A stretch of DNA of 64,000 bases, taken from the NCBI RefSeq assembly GCF_009914755.1, contig NC_060926.1; one strand, given 5' to 3'. The translations under genes and the position numbers were made by a program. Positions 28,682-42,781 of the stretch are shown here, piece after piece (the stretch's first letter is position 1; each line of letters opens with the position of its first letter). This stretch comes from the human T2T-CHM13v2.0 reference genome, Homo sapiens. The notes below the pieces were generated by a model. The model worked only from the letters and a program-made list of their open reading frames with translations, was not told the origin of the DNA and ran no database searches.

Positions 28682-29107
28682 CTCATCAGAACCTGATCCA
28701 AAAATCAGCAAGTCAAAAGGAATTGCTGCAACCATGTCAATCAGGAACCAGCCTTTGAAGTAGTGTATTGCTATTTTGGCGGGATCACTTACCACTTCTT
28801 CATTCTGATTTACATATGTTGTTCTGAAGTTTATTAAAATATCTATGATAAACATAATATCCACAATCAAGTCTACCACATTCAAAGGGCTACAAGAATA
28901 GCCACATTCTCGTCTTTTCTGTTCTTCTCTGTCATTGAGGAGGAAGGCTGCAGAGTAGGGAGTAAATATAGCAGTGTATATGACCAACAGCAGGATAAGC
29001 CAGTCCCAGACTGCCTTGAAAGGGCTGTAGTGCAATATCGTAAACTTGTTGATGCGTGGTGTCTGCAGTTTGTATTCAGGTAGGACATCTGCTCCTAAAG
29101 AGAGAAC
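28682..29107 (-). CDS. KCNH7: KCNH7 (ERG3/Kv11.3) coding exon, S1-S3 (probably exon 7), 426 nt, phase 0-0
   Basis: Translates as [46 protein letters not shown]...[28 protein letters not shown], an ERG-family S1-S3. The TPRINKF and [18 protein letters not shown] segments fit ERG3 rather than hERG1. Acceptor ...cacattcag|GTT at 29107; donor GAG|gtaaga at 28682. Confidence 0.96.
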
Positions 29108-32063
29108 CTGAATGTGCAAAAGAAAATCATACACTACATAAATATGCCATTTTTAATCTGGTAAACCTATCAAATATTAAGGGAACTAATTATACAGTAA
29201 AATTTATTAGAGAGAATTCATGTAATTTGGAAGTATTTATGAAACACACACATACATTACATAAACCCATATAAACTTATACAGTGTATTTGGCTCAAGA
29301 AAATCACAATGGCATTTCTTGATAAATATGAATTTCACTGAAAAAATAATAAATATTGCCACTGAGATACTGAGGAATGTTACTGTTTCCTTTGGAACGT
29401 AGTACATCTCAGATGTAAAAATACATGGCTGTTTTTAGAAAATCACAAAGTTGGTTTTGATATATTAGTAATGCAGTTTTCAAATCTAGGAAAGGATTAG
29501 TTGTTATGAATAGAAGCAGTCTACTTGGATCCATGGTCACATTTAATTTACATATATTTAATTTATAATTACACCTTGATAAATTAAACCCAACTCATTC
29601 AAATTTTAATTAAGCAGAATTTCCCACCTGCAATCTGTTTTTAACATTAGGGGAAAAAAGGCAAATGAGATTAAAATGAACACAAAAGAGGCTTTTCCTT
29701 AAAAGGTTGAGAGAGTATTTGATATTCCGGGACAAATACACTTGCATTCCAACCCTTCCATCACATTTAGAGAACTGCAAAAAGAAAATGCTACAAGGAG
29801 ATGTTCAGAATATTGACCTGGAAATGTTGCAAGGTGTTTAGACACCAAGTGGTACTTCACCTCCAAGATTTATTCTCCTTATAAGGCATCAGATAAACTA
29901 AAACAGTTCACCTTTTAGAGTTTTAGTTTACCTGAAAAAAATGAAAGCTAAAGTACAGTTTTGTCTCTACCAAGTAGAAAAGTCCATGATTTAGTGATTT
30001 AAGACTAAGTTTTAAAAACAAAAGTCAAAACAAAAAGGTTACTTAGCTACCCAGTAAGTGTAATTTATTGGGTAAAATGTAAGCCTTAATATATGGGTTT
30101 TAAAAAGCTGAAATTTTGTAATGGCTCCACAAATGGCATAAAAAGAGCAATTTAAAAAGGGAAATGTGGGTTCTAATTTAATGCTATGAATATCCCACAC
30201 ATATACAATGGCTCTATTTCAAAGTTAATTTCACTGAGTACATTTCCATAGACTAGATTGTTCTAAACACAATTAATACATCATCAGCTTTGCAGCATGG
30301 ATCTCAGGTAATCCTCCATTGGTTAGTCAGAGAGTGTTATTTCTGTGTTTTTGGCAATTCTATTCATGTTGTTTTAACTTGACTGTAGTAATGAATTATG
30401 TCACGTGTACTTGAAATTTAAATCTTATATTTATTGTCATATCTCGTACCTTTTTATCCCCACATAATGAGTTACCATCCCTAGTTTTAAAAGGACTTTG
30501 AAAGTTAAATAACCCCAAATGAGACACAATATAACTTTTAAATATAACAAAAGATTCAGCTAAAATAGGCAAAGCTGCTTTTTGATAACTGCTAAACTAC
30601 TTTAACTAGTTTTCAAAAAATAATAAAGAATCTGACCTGACCACTTAATCAGTCCACTGTAAATTTGAACCAGCCAGTTTATAGAGAGAACAGGGTTTTA
30701 TTTTAAGCTATTATGAGAAATGATGGCAGCTAATTATTAGCAAAAGAGCAATCTGGAAAATAAAGTGATTTTGTTATCTGTGAAATATTGAAAGTCCAAG
30801 ATACACACATATATAAGTATATGACTTTCAAAATCCAAACGGGAGTAATTAAATTATCTGTCATTTTAGAAGTACAGATTAATAGAACTCTGATCCCATT
30901 ATGCTTAGTATAGAGAACCAGTGTGTGACATTTTGGTCTGTACAAAAGGAAATATGTCATGTTCCTTTCTAGAAAAGCAGAACTACTCAGTATATAGAAA
31001 GCAAAATACACAGCTTTATTTTGGCTTTCAAAGTCATTAAAGTCATTTAAAATATGGACCCATTCCATCTTTCTAGTCCTTTCTTCCATTAGATTCCTGT
31101 GTACCCAGGGCACTCCAGCAAAACAAGACTAAAATTTTTGAGCTGCTGAGATCTTTCCATATCCTTAAATCCACAAATCTTTTTCATAAAAAAGGCGTGT
31201 AGTCAATCAAAGAGGAAAAATAAGTCACTTTTAATGACAGGTATATTTGTGTGAGTTTGCTCACTGCTTAGGTGACAAACTTCCGATACTAACCTCCCAC
31301 ATGGGGCAATTGCAATACCTCTTTTAGCAGAAGTATGAATTAGAATGCAAACAGCAATCTTGGAACTGTGGCTGAAACTCTTTCCATCCCACATAGGCAC
31401 ACAGGCACACCTTCATTTAACATTCAGATGACCACTGTGCTAAGAGCTGGAGATTGAAAGATGGGGAAGACACTGTCCCTGAGATCTTGGAGTTTGTAGT
31501 CTGTTTGGAGACAGATGTGTGGGAAAATGGGAGTCCCCTTGAGGTCCACTTCACTCAGGGCCTGGGATTGGTGATGGTGCTGATGGAGTAGGTGGGTAGT
31601 CTTCACAGAGGATTTTTGGGAAAAGATGGCAGTTGAACTGAGACTGAATAGGAGTCAGAAAAGGACACAGCTAAGGGATGAGGAAGTTGGGAAGGGAAGG
31701 ATATTACAAGCAGAGGGGACAGAATGAACAAGGGTAAGAAAGCATAAAATCATGTGTTGTGTGTTGGGGAATTGTAAGCAGCCTTATATTTTACTAAAGA
31801 ATAAAATGCCAGGGAAGTAGGGTAGAGGACGGCCATGGAGAGGGCCAGTTCCAGGTTGCTGAAGGTCTAATGTGACTGGATAGGGATCTCAGGCTCTGTA
31901 CTTTAGGTCAACCTTCTCATACAGGAATAATATACAGGCTCTTTTTTTAAAAGGAAAGACAATTATTGCAGGATTTATATTATTCTTATTTACAATGTTA
32001 GATAAATATGTTCAAAAATAAAAACAGATTAGAACTTCTTATGCTTATAACTCTTAATATGAC

Positions 32064-32525
32064 TTGTGGGTTAAATTGTGTACCCTACAAGGATGTGTTG
32101 AAGTCATAATTCCCAGTACCTATGAATGTGACTTTATTTGGAAAGAGGGTTTTTGTAGATATAAATCAAGTTAAGATGAGGTCACAGTGGTTTGGGGTGG
32201 GCCTTAATCCAATAACTGGTATCCCTATAAGAAGAGAGAAGTTTGGATACAGAGACAGAAAGACACACAACCAAAATGCCATGTGTCACGGGAGCAGATA
32301 CAGCTGCAAGCCAAGGAATGCTGTGGATTGTCCACAGCCACCAGAACCTCAAATAGAGACAGGCACAGGATGTATTTTCCCTCAGAACCTCCAGAAGGAA
32401 ACAACCTTGCCCACATCTTGATTTCAGACTTCTAGACCACAGAATTGTGCAAAAATAAACTTCTGTTGTCTTAAGCCACTCAGCTTGTGGTAGTTTATTA
32501 TGGCAGCCCTGAAAAAACTAATACA
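32064..32525 (+). mobile_element. MLT1 (MaLR) LTR, MLT1C/D-like
   Basis: GAATGTGACTTTATTTGGAAA...TAAACTTCTGTTGTCTTAAGCCAC...CTAATACA; ATGAC on both flanks (probable TSD). Confidence 0.85.
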
Positions 32526-34069
32526 ATGACAAAAAATGAAAACACTTGAAAATAAAATATTTATAAAACAGTGAATTCAAACTCTCATTACTAACTCAAT
32601 ATCTGACATTTCTGTAGATCAAAAATGATTGAAATTTGACTATTGTGTATGGCTTAATCTAATAGATACAACATTTTTCTCTGTTCTAATCTTAATGTAT
32701 TTTTTGAAAAAGTATGTTGTCAGAGTAGTATTACCAACTTCAAAGATTTACTTGCGTTATCATGATAAACTAACCTAATTCTTAATGTGAACTCTGTTCC
32801 TATTAGGCTTCAAAAGCCAATTTAAATGGTGTTACTTGAAAACTATACAAATATTTTTCTTTACTTAAGTTTAGCTTTAGGGCATTATTGAATTCTACAT
32901 TAAGTGATTATCTAAACACATTATCTCTTAGTACTGGGAGTTCATGTGTTGTATTCCAATACGCCCATTGACACAGAACCACTGCAATTTGGTATGTATA
33001 ACAATGGAGTGTGTTTTGACAATGCATTTGTAGAAACTGGTATGGTATCAAATGTTATGGTACTGGTTCTTTTGATTTCTGCATCATTATGCATGTTTTA
33101 TGTGACCGTTTAATTGTCTCATGACTTTTAATAGCCAAACAACTTCAAAAAGCTTTATTTATATAGCAAGCATTAGCATCATGAGGTAAATCCAAATGCA
33201 GTCATCATTACTGTAATCAGGTAGATGGCAGTACTTTGTTATTAGGTAATCATCTTAATGATTCAGAAGATTCTTATATTTATTGTTTTAAATTTTCACC
33301 AAGATACAGGAATTTTGAAGATTTTTCAGGACTCGTGGCCTTCTGAGAACATTTCTTTCTATGGATATCAGTTTGAGAATTATTAAATATTATTAGGCAG
33401 AGGAATCAAGGTGGCCAAGTTTGGTTTTTGACAGATGCATCTGGCAATGGAATGGAGGAAAAATGAAAGAGGATCAAGACCAGATACTTAGAGATCAATT
33501 AGGACTTTGGTATGCCAGGAGGGAAGTAATGGAAGCCTACACTAGGAACCAGGTGGCAGAAATTGAGAGGAGGGGATATATTTGAGAATAGATACATCTC
33601 AGGGTATAAGGATGAGGAGTGGAGAAATACTTGTTTCTTTATGGTTCCAATAATAGCAAATCTTATTAGACCCAATCAGGTAATATAAATCTTTGAAGTG
33701 TTTGGAATAAAGGAAAGAGCACTAGACCTTAAATTCTACAATCTGGGTTTGAAGTCCAGATACAATTGTTCTGATATGCCATTTAATCTCTAGACCTAGT
33801 TCTTTTTTTAAAAAAATTGTGTAATGTAGATAGTAATCTTTGCAAAAACCACCTATCTATCCAGAGCTACCATATAACATCAGATATTTTTTATAAAAGT
33901 AGTTGGTAAAATGGGAAATGTTTACAGATGCATAAAATATTTTCATTATTGTTTTGAGTTCTAGGGTTATCTGTTGAAATCCTGGTTCAAACGAACCAAC
34001 TCTATCCAAAATATTTAAAAACTGATTGGATAAAGCTGTATATTGACTGAATATTGATAATATTACAGA

Positions 34070-34670
34070 ATTGTTTTAGTTATCTATTCCTTGTATCAAA
34101 TCAAACCAAAACATAGTGACCTAAAGTAGTCATTTTGTTACTTATGATTCTATGGATCCAAAATTTAGGCAGGTCTTGGCTAGTCAATTTTTCTTCTCCA
34201 CAGAATGTCAACTGGGGTAATTCAGTGATGTTTAGTTGGTGGGGGAGCTTGTGTGGAGAGTCCAAGAAGGCTTCATTCACATGTCTAGTACTTTGATGAA
34301 GATAGTTGGAAGGCTGGGCTCACCCAAGATGCTGGAGTGGCTGGGTCTCTCTCTATATATGTAGATAGATAGTTTGATCAATCAATAAATAAATAGATAT
34401 GTTCTCTCCTATGGTCTCTTAAGCAGGGTAGTAAGATGTGGTGGCTCAGCACTCCCAAAAGAAGTGGAAACTCCCAGGCTTCTTCAGGTCAAGGTCTAGA
34501 ACTTCTATAGCCTCACTTGTGCCATATTCTATTGGGAAAAGTAGAAGCAGGCCAGCCCAGATTCATGAAAGTAGGGGAATGCTCTCTATCTCTTGACAGG
34601 GAAATGATATGCATGTGGAAAGGAAGGATTCAATCAGTTAGGGTTATCTTGGAGACAAACTATCACAGAA
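34070..34670 (-). mobile_element. Old MLT1 (MaLR) LTR, approximate
   Basis: Antisense MLT1-like motifs (GTTATCTATT..., TCCAAGAAGGCTTCATTCACATGTCT, GGCCAGCCCAGATTCA). Confidence 0.6.
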
Positions 34671-35602
34671 ATTATTGACAATTATTGTTTGTAGATACGG
34701 AAATGATATTATAGTTATGTGCTTTTAAAAATAGTCTTTACCTTTTCAGAGTACAGAGTGAAATATTTATAAAGGAAATGTTATAATATTTGGGCTTTGC
34801 CTCAGAACAATCCAGAGTTGGGGGAGAAGAAGGAGAGAGAAGGTCTGAATTTTAGCTGTATATTGATTTTTATTGAAACTGAATGATGGATAGTTACTAT
34901 TTATTTATAATAAACTTAAAATTTTTCAAAATAAACAGGTTAAGAAAAGAATTCTAGAATCTTATTCAGAAATGTCTAAGATAGTTAAGAATGGAGTTTC
35001 CTGATTGAAAAAAAGAAATAGGTTTACAAACATCATAGAGGCTTACCTCTGTAAGAATTGAGTTGGTTTCTTATTAGGCAAATTTAGATTCCTGTTTACA
35101 CAGCAGAATGTTTACTTTGCCTTCTGCATATCTAGTTCATATTATGTAGATCTGTGTTCAGCCATACAGACTGGACACAACCCCAATTTTGCCCAACCTT
35201 GAACTCTTTGACATCAAGCTTCTGTTAAGTTGGTGGATGGGAAAATCATGTTCCAAGATACTCAGAGATGCTAACTGCAGAGGTCCATTGCTCTGAGTGT
35301 ACTTAGCTACATTGCTCATTAAGTTAGATTAAAATACAGCCACATTTCAGAGACTCATCACCTTAGGTCTCTTACTGAAATACTTTTACTTTGCTAGAGT
35401 TACATATTAAACCTTCAAGCTTTCATTCTGGATTGAATATATAAGAAGTATATTTTTGCATTTTTCTCAGAAAACTGCCACTAAATGTTTACATTGTTTA
35501 ATGTCATTTTAATAAATATTTGCATTACATATTTCTTTTAATATTCGTTTCTAGGAAACGGTTGGTCTCTCAAGGAATTTAAAAGTTTCCTCTCTCTCTC
35601 TT

Positions 35603-38600
35603 ATTTTATTTCATTTTTATTTCACTTTAAGTTCCAGGATACATGTATAGAATGTGCAGGTTTGTTACATAGGTATACATGTACCATGGTGGTTTGCTGC
35701 ACCTATCAACCCATCATCTAGCTTTTAAGCCCCACATGCATTAGGTATTTGTCCTAATGCTCTCCCTCCTCTTGCCCCCTACCCCAACAGGCCTCTGTGT
35801 GGGTGTGTGTTGTTCCCCTCCCTGTGTCCATGTGTTCTCATTGTTCAACTCCCACTTATAAGTGAGAACATGCAGTGTTTGGTTTTCTGTTCCTGTGTTA
35901 GTTTGCTGAGAATGATGGCTTCCAGCATTGTCCATGTCCCTGCAAAGGATATGATCTCATTCTTTTTTATGGCTGCATAGTATTCCATGGTGTACATGTG
36001 CTACATTGTCTTTATCCAGTCTATCATTGATGGGCATTTGTGTTGGTTCCAAGTCTTTGCTATTGTGAATAGTGCTGCAATGAACATACATGTGCATGTG
36101 TCTTTATAGTAGAATGATTTATAATCCTTTGGGGATATACCCAGTAATGGGATTGCTGGGTCAAATGGTATTTCTGGTTCCAGATTCTTGAGGAATTGCC
36201 ACACTGTCTTCCACAATGGTTGAACTAATTTACACTCCCACCAACAGTGTAAAAGCATTCCTGTTTCTCCACAGCCTTGCCAGCGTCTTTGTTTCTTGAT
36301 CTTTTAATAATCGTCATTCTGACTGTCATGAGATGGTATCTCACTGTGGTTTTAATTTGCATTTCTCTAATGATCAGTGGTGAAGAGCTTTTTTTCATAT
36401 GTTTCTTGGCCACATAAATGTGTTCTTTTGAGAATGTGTGTTCATATCCTTCACCCACTTTTTGATGGGGTTGTTTTTTTCTTGTAAATTTTAAGTTCCT
36501 TGTAGATTCTAGATATTAGAACTTTGCCAGATGGGTAGATTGGAGAAATTTTCTCCCATTCTGTAGGCTGCCTGTTCAGCCTGATGCTAGTTTCTTTTTC
36601 TGTGCAGAAGCTCTTTAGTTTAATTAGATACATATGTAAATTTTGGCTTTTGTTGCAATTGCTTTTGGTGTTTCAGTCATGAAGTCTTTGCCCAAGCCTA
36701 TGTCCTAAATGGTAGTGCCTAGGTTTTCTTCTAGAGTTTTTACAGTGTTGGTTTTTACATTTAAGTCTTTAATCCATTTTGAGTTAATTTTTCTATAAGG
36801 TGTATCGAAGAGGTCCAGTTTCAGTTTTCTGCATATGGCTAGCCAGTTTTCCCAGCACTATTTATGAAACAGGGAATCCTTTCCTCATTGCTTTGGTCAG
36901 GTTTGTCGAATATCAGGTTGTTGTATATGTGTGGTGATATTTCTGAGGCCTCTGTTCTGTTCCATTGGTCTGTATATCTGTTTTGGTACAAGTACCATGT
37001 TGTTTTGGTTACTGTAGCCATGTAGCATAGTTTGAAGTCAGGTAGCGTGATACCTCCAGCTTTGTTATTTTTGCTTAGGATTGTCTTGGCTATACCAGCT
37101 CTTTTTTGATTCCATATGAAATTTAAAGTAGATTTTTTCTATTTCTGTGAAGAAAGTCAATGGTAGCTTGATGGCAATAGCATTGAATCTATAAATTACT
37201 TTGGACAGTATGGCCATTTTCATGATATTGATTCTTCCCATCCATGAGCATGGAATGTTTTTCCATTTGTTTGTGTCCTCTCTTATTTTCTTGAGCAGTG
37301 ATTTGTAGTTCTCCTTGAAGAAGTCCTTCACACCCCTTGTAAGTTTTATTCTCTTTGTAGCAATTGTGAACAGAAGTTCATTCATGATTTGGCCCTCTGC
37401 TTGTGTATTGTTGGTGTACAGGAATGCTTGTCGTTTTTGCACATTGATTTTGTATCCTGAGACTTTCCTGAAGTTGTTTATCAGCTTAAGAAGTGTTTCG
37501 GCTGAGAAGATGGGGTTTTCTAAATATAGAATCATGTCAGCTGCCAAAAGAGACAATCTGACTTCCTCTATTCCTATTTGAATACGCTTTATTTCTTTCT
37601 CTTGCCTGATTGCCCTGGCCAGAACTTCCAATACTATCTTGAATAGGAGTGGTGAGAGAGGGCATCCTTGTCTTGTGTCAGTTTCCAAAGGGAATGCTGC
37701 CTGCATTTGCCTACTCAGTATGATATTGGCTATGGGTTTGTCATAAATAGCTCTTATCATTTTGAGATATGTTCCATCAATGTCTAATTTATTGAGAGTT
37801 TTAAACATGTAGGGATGTTGAATTTTATCAAAGGCCTTTCCTGCATCTACTGAGATGATGTGAATTTTGTCATTGGTTCTGTTTACATGATGGCTTATGT
37901 TTATTGATTTTCATATGTTGAACCAGCCTTGCGTCCCAGGGATGAAGCCGACTTGATCATGGTGGATAAACTTTTTGATGCCCTGCTGGATTTGGTTTGC
38001 CAGTATTTTATAGAGGATCTTCACATCAATGTTCATCAGGGATATTGGTCTGAAGTTTTCTCTTTTTTGTGTGTATGTCTGCTGGGTTTTGGTATCAGGA
38101 TGATTCTGGCCCCATAAAATGAGTTAGGGAGAAGTCCCTCTTTTTCTGTTGTTTGGAATAGTTTCAGAAGGAATAGTACCAGCTCCTCTTTGTACCTCTG
38201 GTAGAATTCAGCTGTAAATCCGTCTGGTCCTGGGCTTTTTTTGGTTAGTAGGCTATTAATTACTGCCTCAATTTCAGAACTTGTTATCAGTTTATTCAGG
38301 GATTTGATTTCTTACTGGTTGAGTCTTGGGATGGTGTATGTGTCCAGGAATTTATCCATTTCTTCTAGATTTTCTAGTTTATTTGCATAGAGGTGTTTAT
38401 ATTATTCTCTGATGGTGGTTTGTATTTCTGTAGGGTCAGTGGTGACATCCCCTTTATCATTTTTTTATTGTGTCTATTTGATTCTTCTCTTTTCTTCTTT
38501 ATTAGTCTAGCTAGTGGTCTATCTATTTTGTTAATCCTTTCAAAAAGCCGGCTCCTGAATTCATTGATTTTTTGAAGGGTTTTTCGTGTCTCGATCTCCT

Positions 38601-39513
38601 TCAGTTCTGTTCTTATCTTAGTTATTTCTTGTCTTCTGCTAGCTTTTGAATTTGTTTGCTCTTGCTTCTCTAGTTCTTTTAATTGTGATGTTAGGGTGTT
38701 GATTTGAGATCTTCCCAGCTTTCTGATGTGGGCAATTAGTGCTATAAATTTCCCTCTTAACACTGTTTTAACTGTGTCCCAGAGATTCTGGTATGTTGTC
38801 TCTTTGTTCTCATTGGTTTCAAAGAACTTCTTGATTTCTGCCTTAATTTCTTTCTCTACTCAGCAGTCATTCAGGAGCAGGTTGTTCAATTTCCATGTAG
38901 TTGTGAGGTTTTGAGTAATTTCTTAATCCTGAGTTCTAATTTGATTGGACTGTGGTTATATTTTATAATGTTATAATTTCCATAATACATAATGGAAATT
39001 ATAATTTATACATTCCTTATATAATTTCCATTCTTTTGCATTTGCTGAGGAGTGTTTTACTTGCAATTATGTGGTCGATTTTAGAATAAGTGTCATGTGG
39101 CACTGAGAAGAATGTATATTCTACTGATTTGGGGTGGAGAGTTCTGTAGACATCTATTACGTCCACTTGATCCACAGCTGAGTTCAAGTCTTGAATATCC
39201 TTGTTAATTTTGTGTCTCGATCTGTCTAATATTGAGAGTGGGGTGTTAAAGTCTCCCACTATTATCACGAGGGAGTCTAAGTCTCTTTGTAGGTCTCTAA
39301 GAACTTGTTTTATGAATCTGGGTGCTCCTTTACTGGGTGCATATATATTTAGGATAGTTAGGTCTTCTTGTTACATCAGTCTCTTTACCATTATGTAATG
39401 CCCTTCTTTGTCTTTTCTGATCTTTGTTGGTTTAAAGTTTGTTTTATCAGAGACTAGGATTTCAAACCCCTGCTTTTTTTTGCTTCCATTTGCTTGTTAA
39501 ATATTCCTCCATA
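35603..39513 (-). mobile_element. 5'-truncated L1PA (PA7/PA8-like), ~3.9 kb, same orientation as KCNH7
   Basis: Frame-broken ORF2 pieces (endonuclease [25 protein letters not shown]-terminal [13 protein letters not shown]) and a 13-bp TSD CTCTCTCTCTCTT at 35590-35602 and 39514-39526. Confidence 0.95.
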
Positions 39514-40740
39514 CTCTCTCTCTCTTTCCTTTTTTAATAAGACAATAGGTTATTTAGTTAATTGTCTCCTTTTTTTCTTCTTGCAGAAAACTGAGTTTAG
39601 AATTACAGAATTATTATTCCTGTTTCCCTTTAATTTGTTTGAATTGGTCAATTTTAATTTTTAATGACCTAAATGCAAATGTATTTTTATAAGGTCTACT
39701 CCTATCTCTTTGAAAGTCACAAATAAGTTAAAATTAATCAAGACAGTGCTTTGGAGCCATCCTTTCTGAAAATGAAGCACTAACAAAGTAAATGTTTTAA
39801 CAACATGAATAGGATTCTAAGAAGCCAATGACTAAAAAGGAAAAAAGCTGCTACACAGTCTTACATTTCCTTAAGAAAGCCAACTTCTCCCACACATTTG
39901 AGAAATAACATACTTCAGGAAGATAAAACATGATTAATTGAACTATTACGAGGATTTTCTTTTAAGAGAGAGAGAAAAAAATAAGGAATAAAAAAAGGGA
40001 AACTCCATGGCCTCCAGAAAGATTTACATTTTCTCTTTTCTCAAACCACTAATTAAGCATACAGTTTAGTACAGCCTAAAATGTAGTTTTCTTTACCAAA
40101 TACAATTTTTCTTCATGCTAGTACACTGCTATTTGTTTAACCTCTAACAGTTAAGTGTTATATAAAACCAAAACCTTTATATGAAACAGAACTATTTATT
40201 CAATGAAGATCTACTGTGAAAATTTTGTGCGAACACCAGGATTAGTAACTACTCTTCACTTTCAAAAAGTGCAATAGAGAACGATTAAGCTTTCCAAAAG
40301 ATTATACAGTACTTTTGGCAGCTGTTAAACGCCATGATGAGGTGTTGGTTGAAGCTGCTCATCAGTTATTTATCCTTTACTCGGGACTTGCACTTAACTA
40401 ATAGGCTAGCTGTATTTTTATCTATCACAGAGAGCACGCAGTAACAAAATGAATCAGATAGATTATATAGCATCGGGAAGGACTTAAACTCCCCAGGCTT
40501 TTCAGCATATGATTTGTGAAAAACAGCCAAACCTGAGTAATTATCACTGAAACCAGCAATCTCATTGATGATTACCTATTCAAATTATAAGATGGAAAAG
40601 CATCACACAATAAATCAAAGATGTCACATAGGAAGTCATTTTTTAATTGAATAAAATATTAAAATTAGGTAGTAGAATCACTTCAGTGTTCTGTATTTAA
40701 ATGATTTTGCAAGGCTTAGATTAAAATAGATATTTGGCTA

Positions 40741-40775
<35 letters not shown>
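40741..40775. repeat. (TG)n microsatellite
   Basis: Read directly from the sequence. Confidence 0.95.
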
Positions 40776-40776
<1 letters not shown>

Positions 40777-41447
40777 GGGTGGAGTAGGGATGATTGTATA
40801 ATTGCAGTCATTTAGATTCAGGTTCAGCTAAGTGTTTAGCATTTTGTTTTGTATATTAGCTATATATGCTAATATGAAAAATATCTGCTTCATAAAATAT
40901 GTATGAGTCTCAGAATGTAAGAGAAATAGGTTGAATATCTTAAACAATTATAATATTTACAAATTACTTCAAATATATGCATATTAAAAAATATAGTTTC
41001 TTCCAGAGCCATAAACTTAACTCCAAGCCACCCACCAGCAACATAATGCCTCTTGGTTTTGTCTCGCAGCTCCTATGCCATATGGATTTGAGGGACTTCT
41101 GGCCCCACCATGTAGCTGATACCAGATGGTCTCTAGTCTAATGCTTGTTTCCTTGCCTCCCCTCCCCTCTTACCTGTCTCTTGGAAACTACATATGGATT
41201 CTTCCCTCCATTTTCTTTATCTTTGTCTTAAAGTTGCTTTCATTTAGAAAATAAGTAAAATTTAAGAGAAGGAACACTTAGCATACTAGCTCATGAGTAA
41301 GAGTTTTACAAATGTTTCTGAAAAGCACAGATGACAGAGGAACCACGTGAGAAATGGGAGAGGGAATTAGATGTTTGGCTGGGACGATGTGAGGTAGAGG
41401 CATAGATGCCAACAGGAGGACGTCTTCGGCAGGCAGTTAGAAGGTCT

Positions 41448-41648
41448 GAGCCTGGGCAACATAGTGAGACTTTGTTTCTACAAAAAATACAAAACAATTA
41501 GTTGGGCGTGATGGCATGTGCCTGTGGTCTCAGGTACTTGGGAGTCTGAGCTGGGAGGATTGCTTGAGCCCAAGGAGGTTGAGGCTGCAGTGAGCCAAGA
41601 TTGCACCACTGCATTCCAGTCTGGGCAACAAGTGAGATTCTGTTTCAA

Positions 41649-41697
<49 letters not shown>

Positions 41698-41700
41698 TAA
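41448..41700 (+). mobile_element. 5'-truncated AluJ with (AAT)16 tail (41649-41696)
   Basis: GCCTGGGCAACATAGTGAGAC...GGATTGCTTGAGCCC... followed by a perfect AAT repeat. Confidence 0.9.
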
Positions 41701-42463
41701 AGGAGGTCTGGGATAGAGCTCTCATGTTGTTGGAGCTAGAGATTTTAAACTTGCAGAAGCAACGGCTGAAGATCTGGAAAGTGGATTAATTTTCCAAAAG
41801 AGTACAAGAAGAGATAGTATACATGAAGAAATAACTAAAATGTGGGAAGCAGAAAAAAGGCATAACCAGTATTCCTAGGGCTTAGCACAGTACCTGGTAT
41901 ATACATGTAATGTATATAGTAAGCATCTCAAATTCCTGAACATGTTTGTAGCTTAAAGAGAAAGAGCCTATGCAAATAAAAGTATAGGAAATTCACAAGA
42001 GAAAAGATTATGATAGAGACAGCTGTTGTGGACCAAAATTTGTTGTTCTCCATTCCTAAAGTGTAGTTATTGCTAGAATGTGTCTGCCTTGTCGAGAACT
42101 ACAGTTCCCAGCCCCATTTGCAATCAGGTATGGCCATGGGTCTGATTAGTAGCACATCTTGGCCAAAGTTTATGACAAGCAGGTGGATCTTTTCTTGCTC
42201 TGCCTTCTTCCTTCTACCTCATGAAGTCAGAAGCTTCCAAGGCCTTAGGTCTTTCAGTGTAATGGGATAGTGGAACCTCCAAATGTAGGAAAGCTGGGTC
42301 ACCAAATTGAGAACTGATGTTAACAATGAACAGCATTATTAATGTATAAAATACCAATAAAGCCACATCCATATTCTGCACAATCATGTGAACCAGCTCA
42401 CCCATTGGTTTGGTGGCCTTTGCAAGGAAGGGTGGGGTGAATAGCGGTAAAGAAATGCAAAGA

Positions 42464-42781
<318 letters not shown>

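Noticed and set aside
40333-40560. ATGATGA box C-like motif with downstream CTGA (snoRNA-like)
   Set aside because: It is on the strand opposite the host transcript, with no terminal stem or proper spacing.
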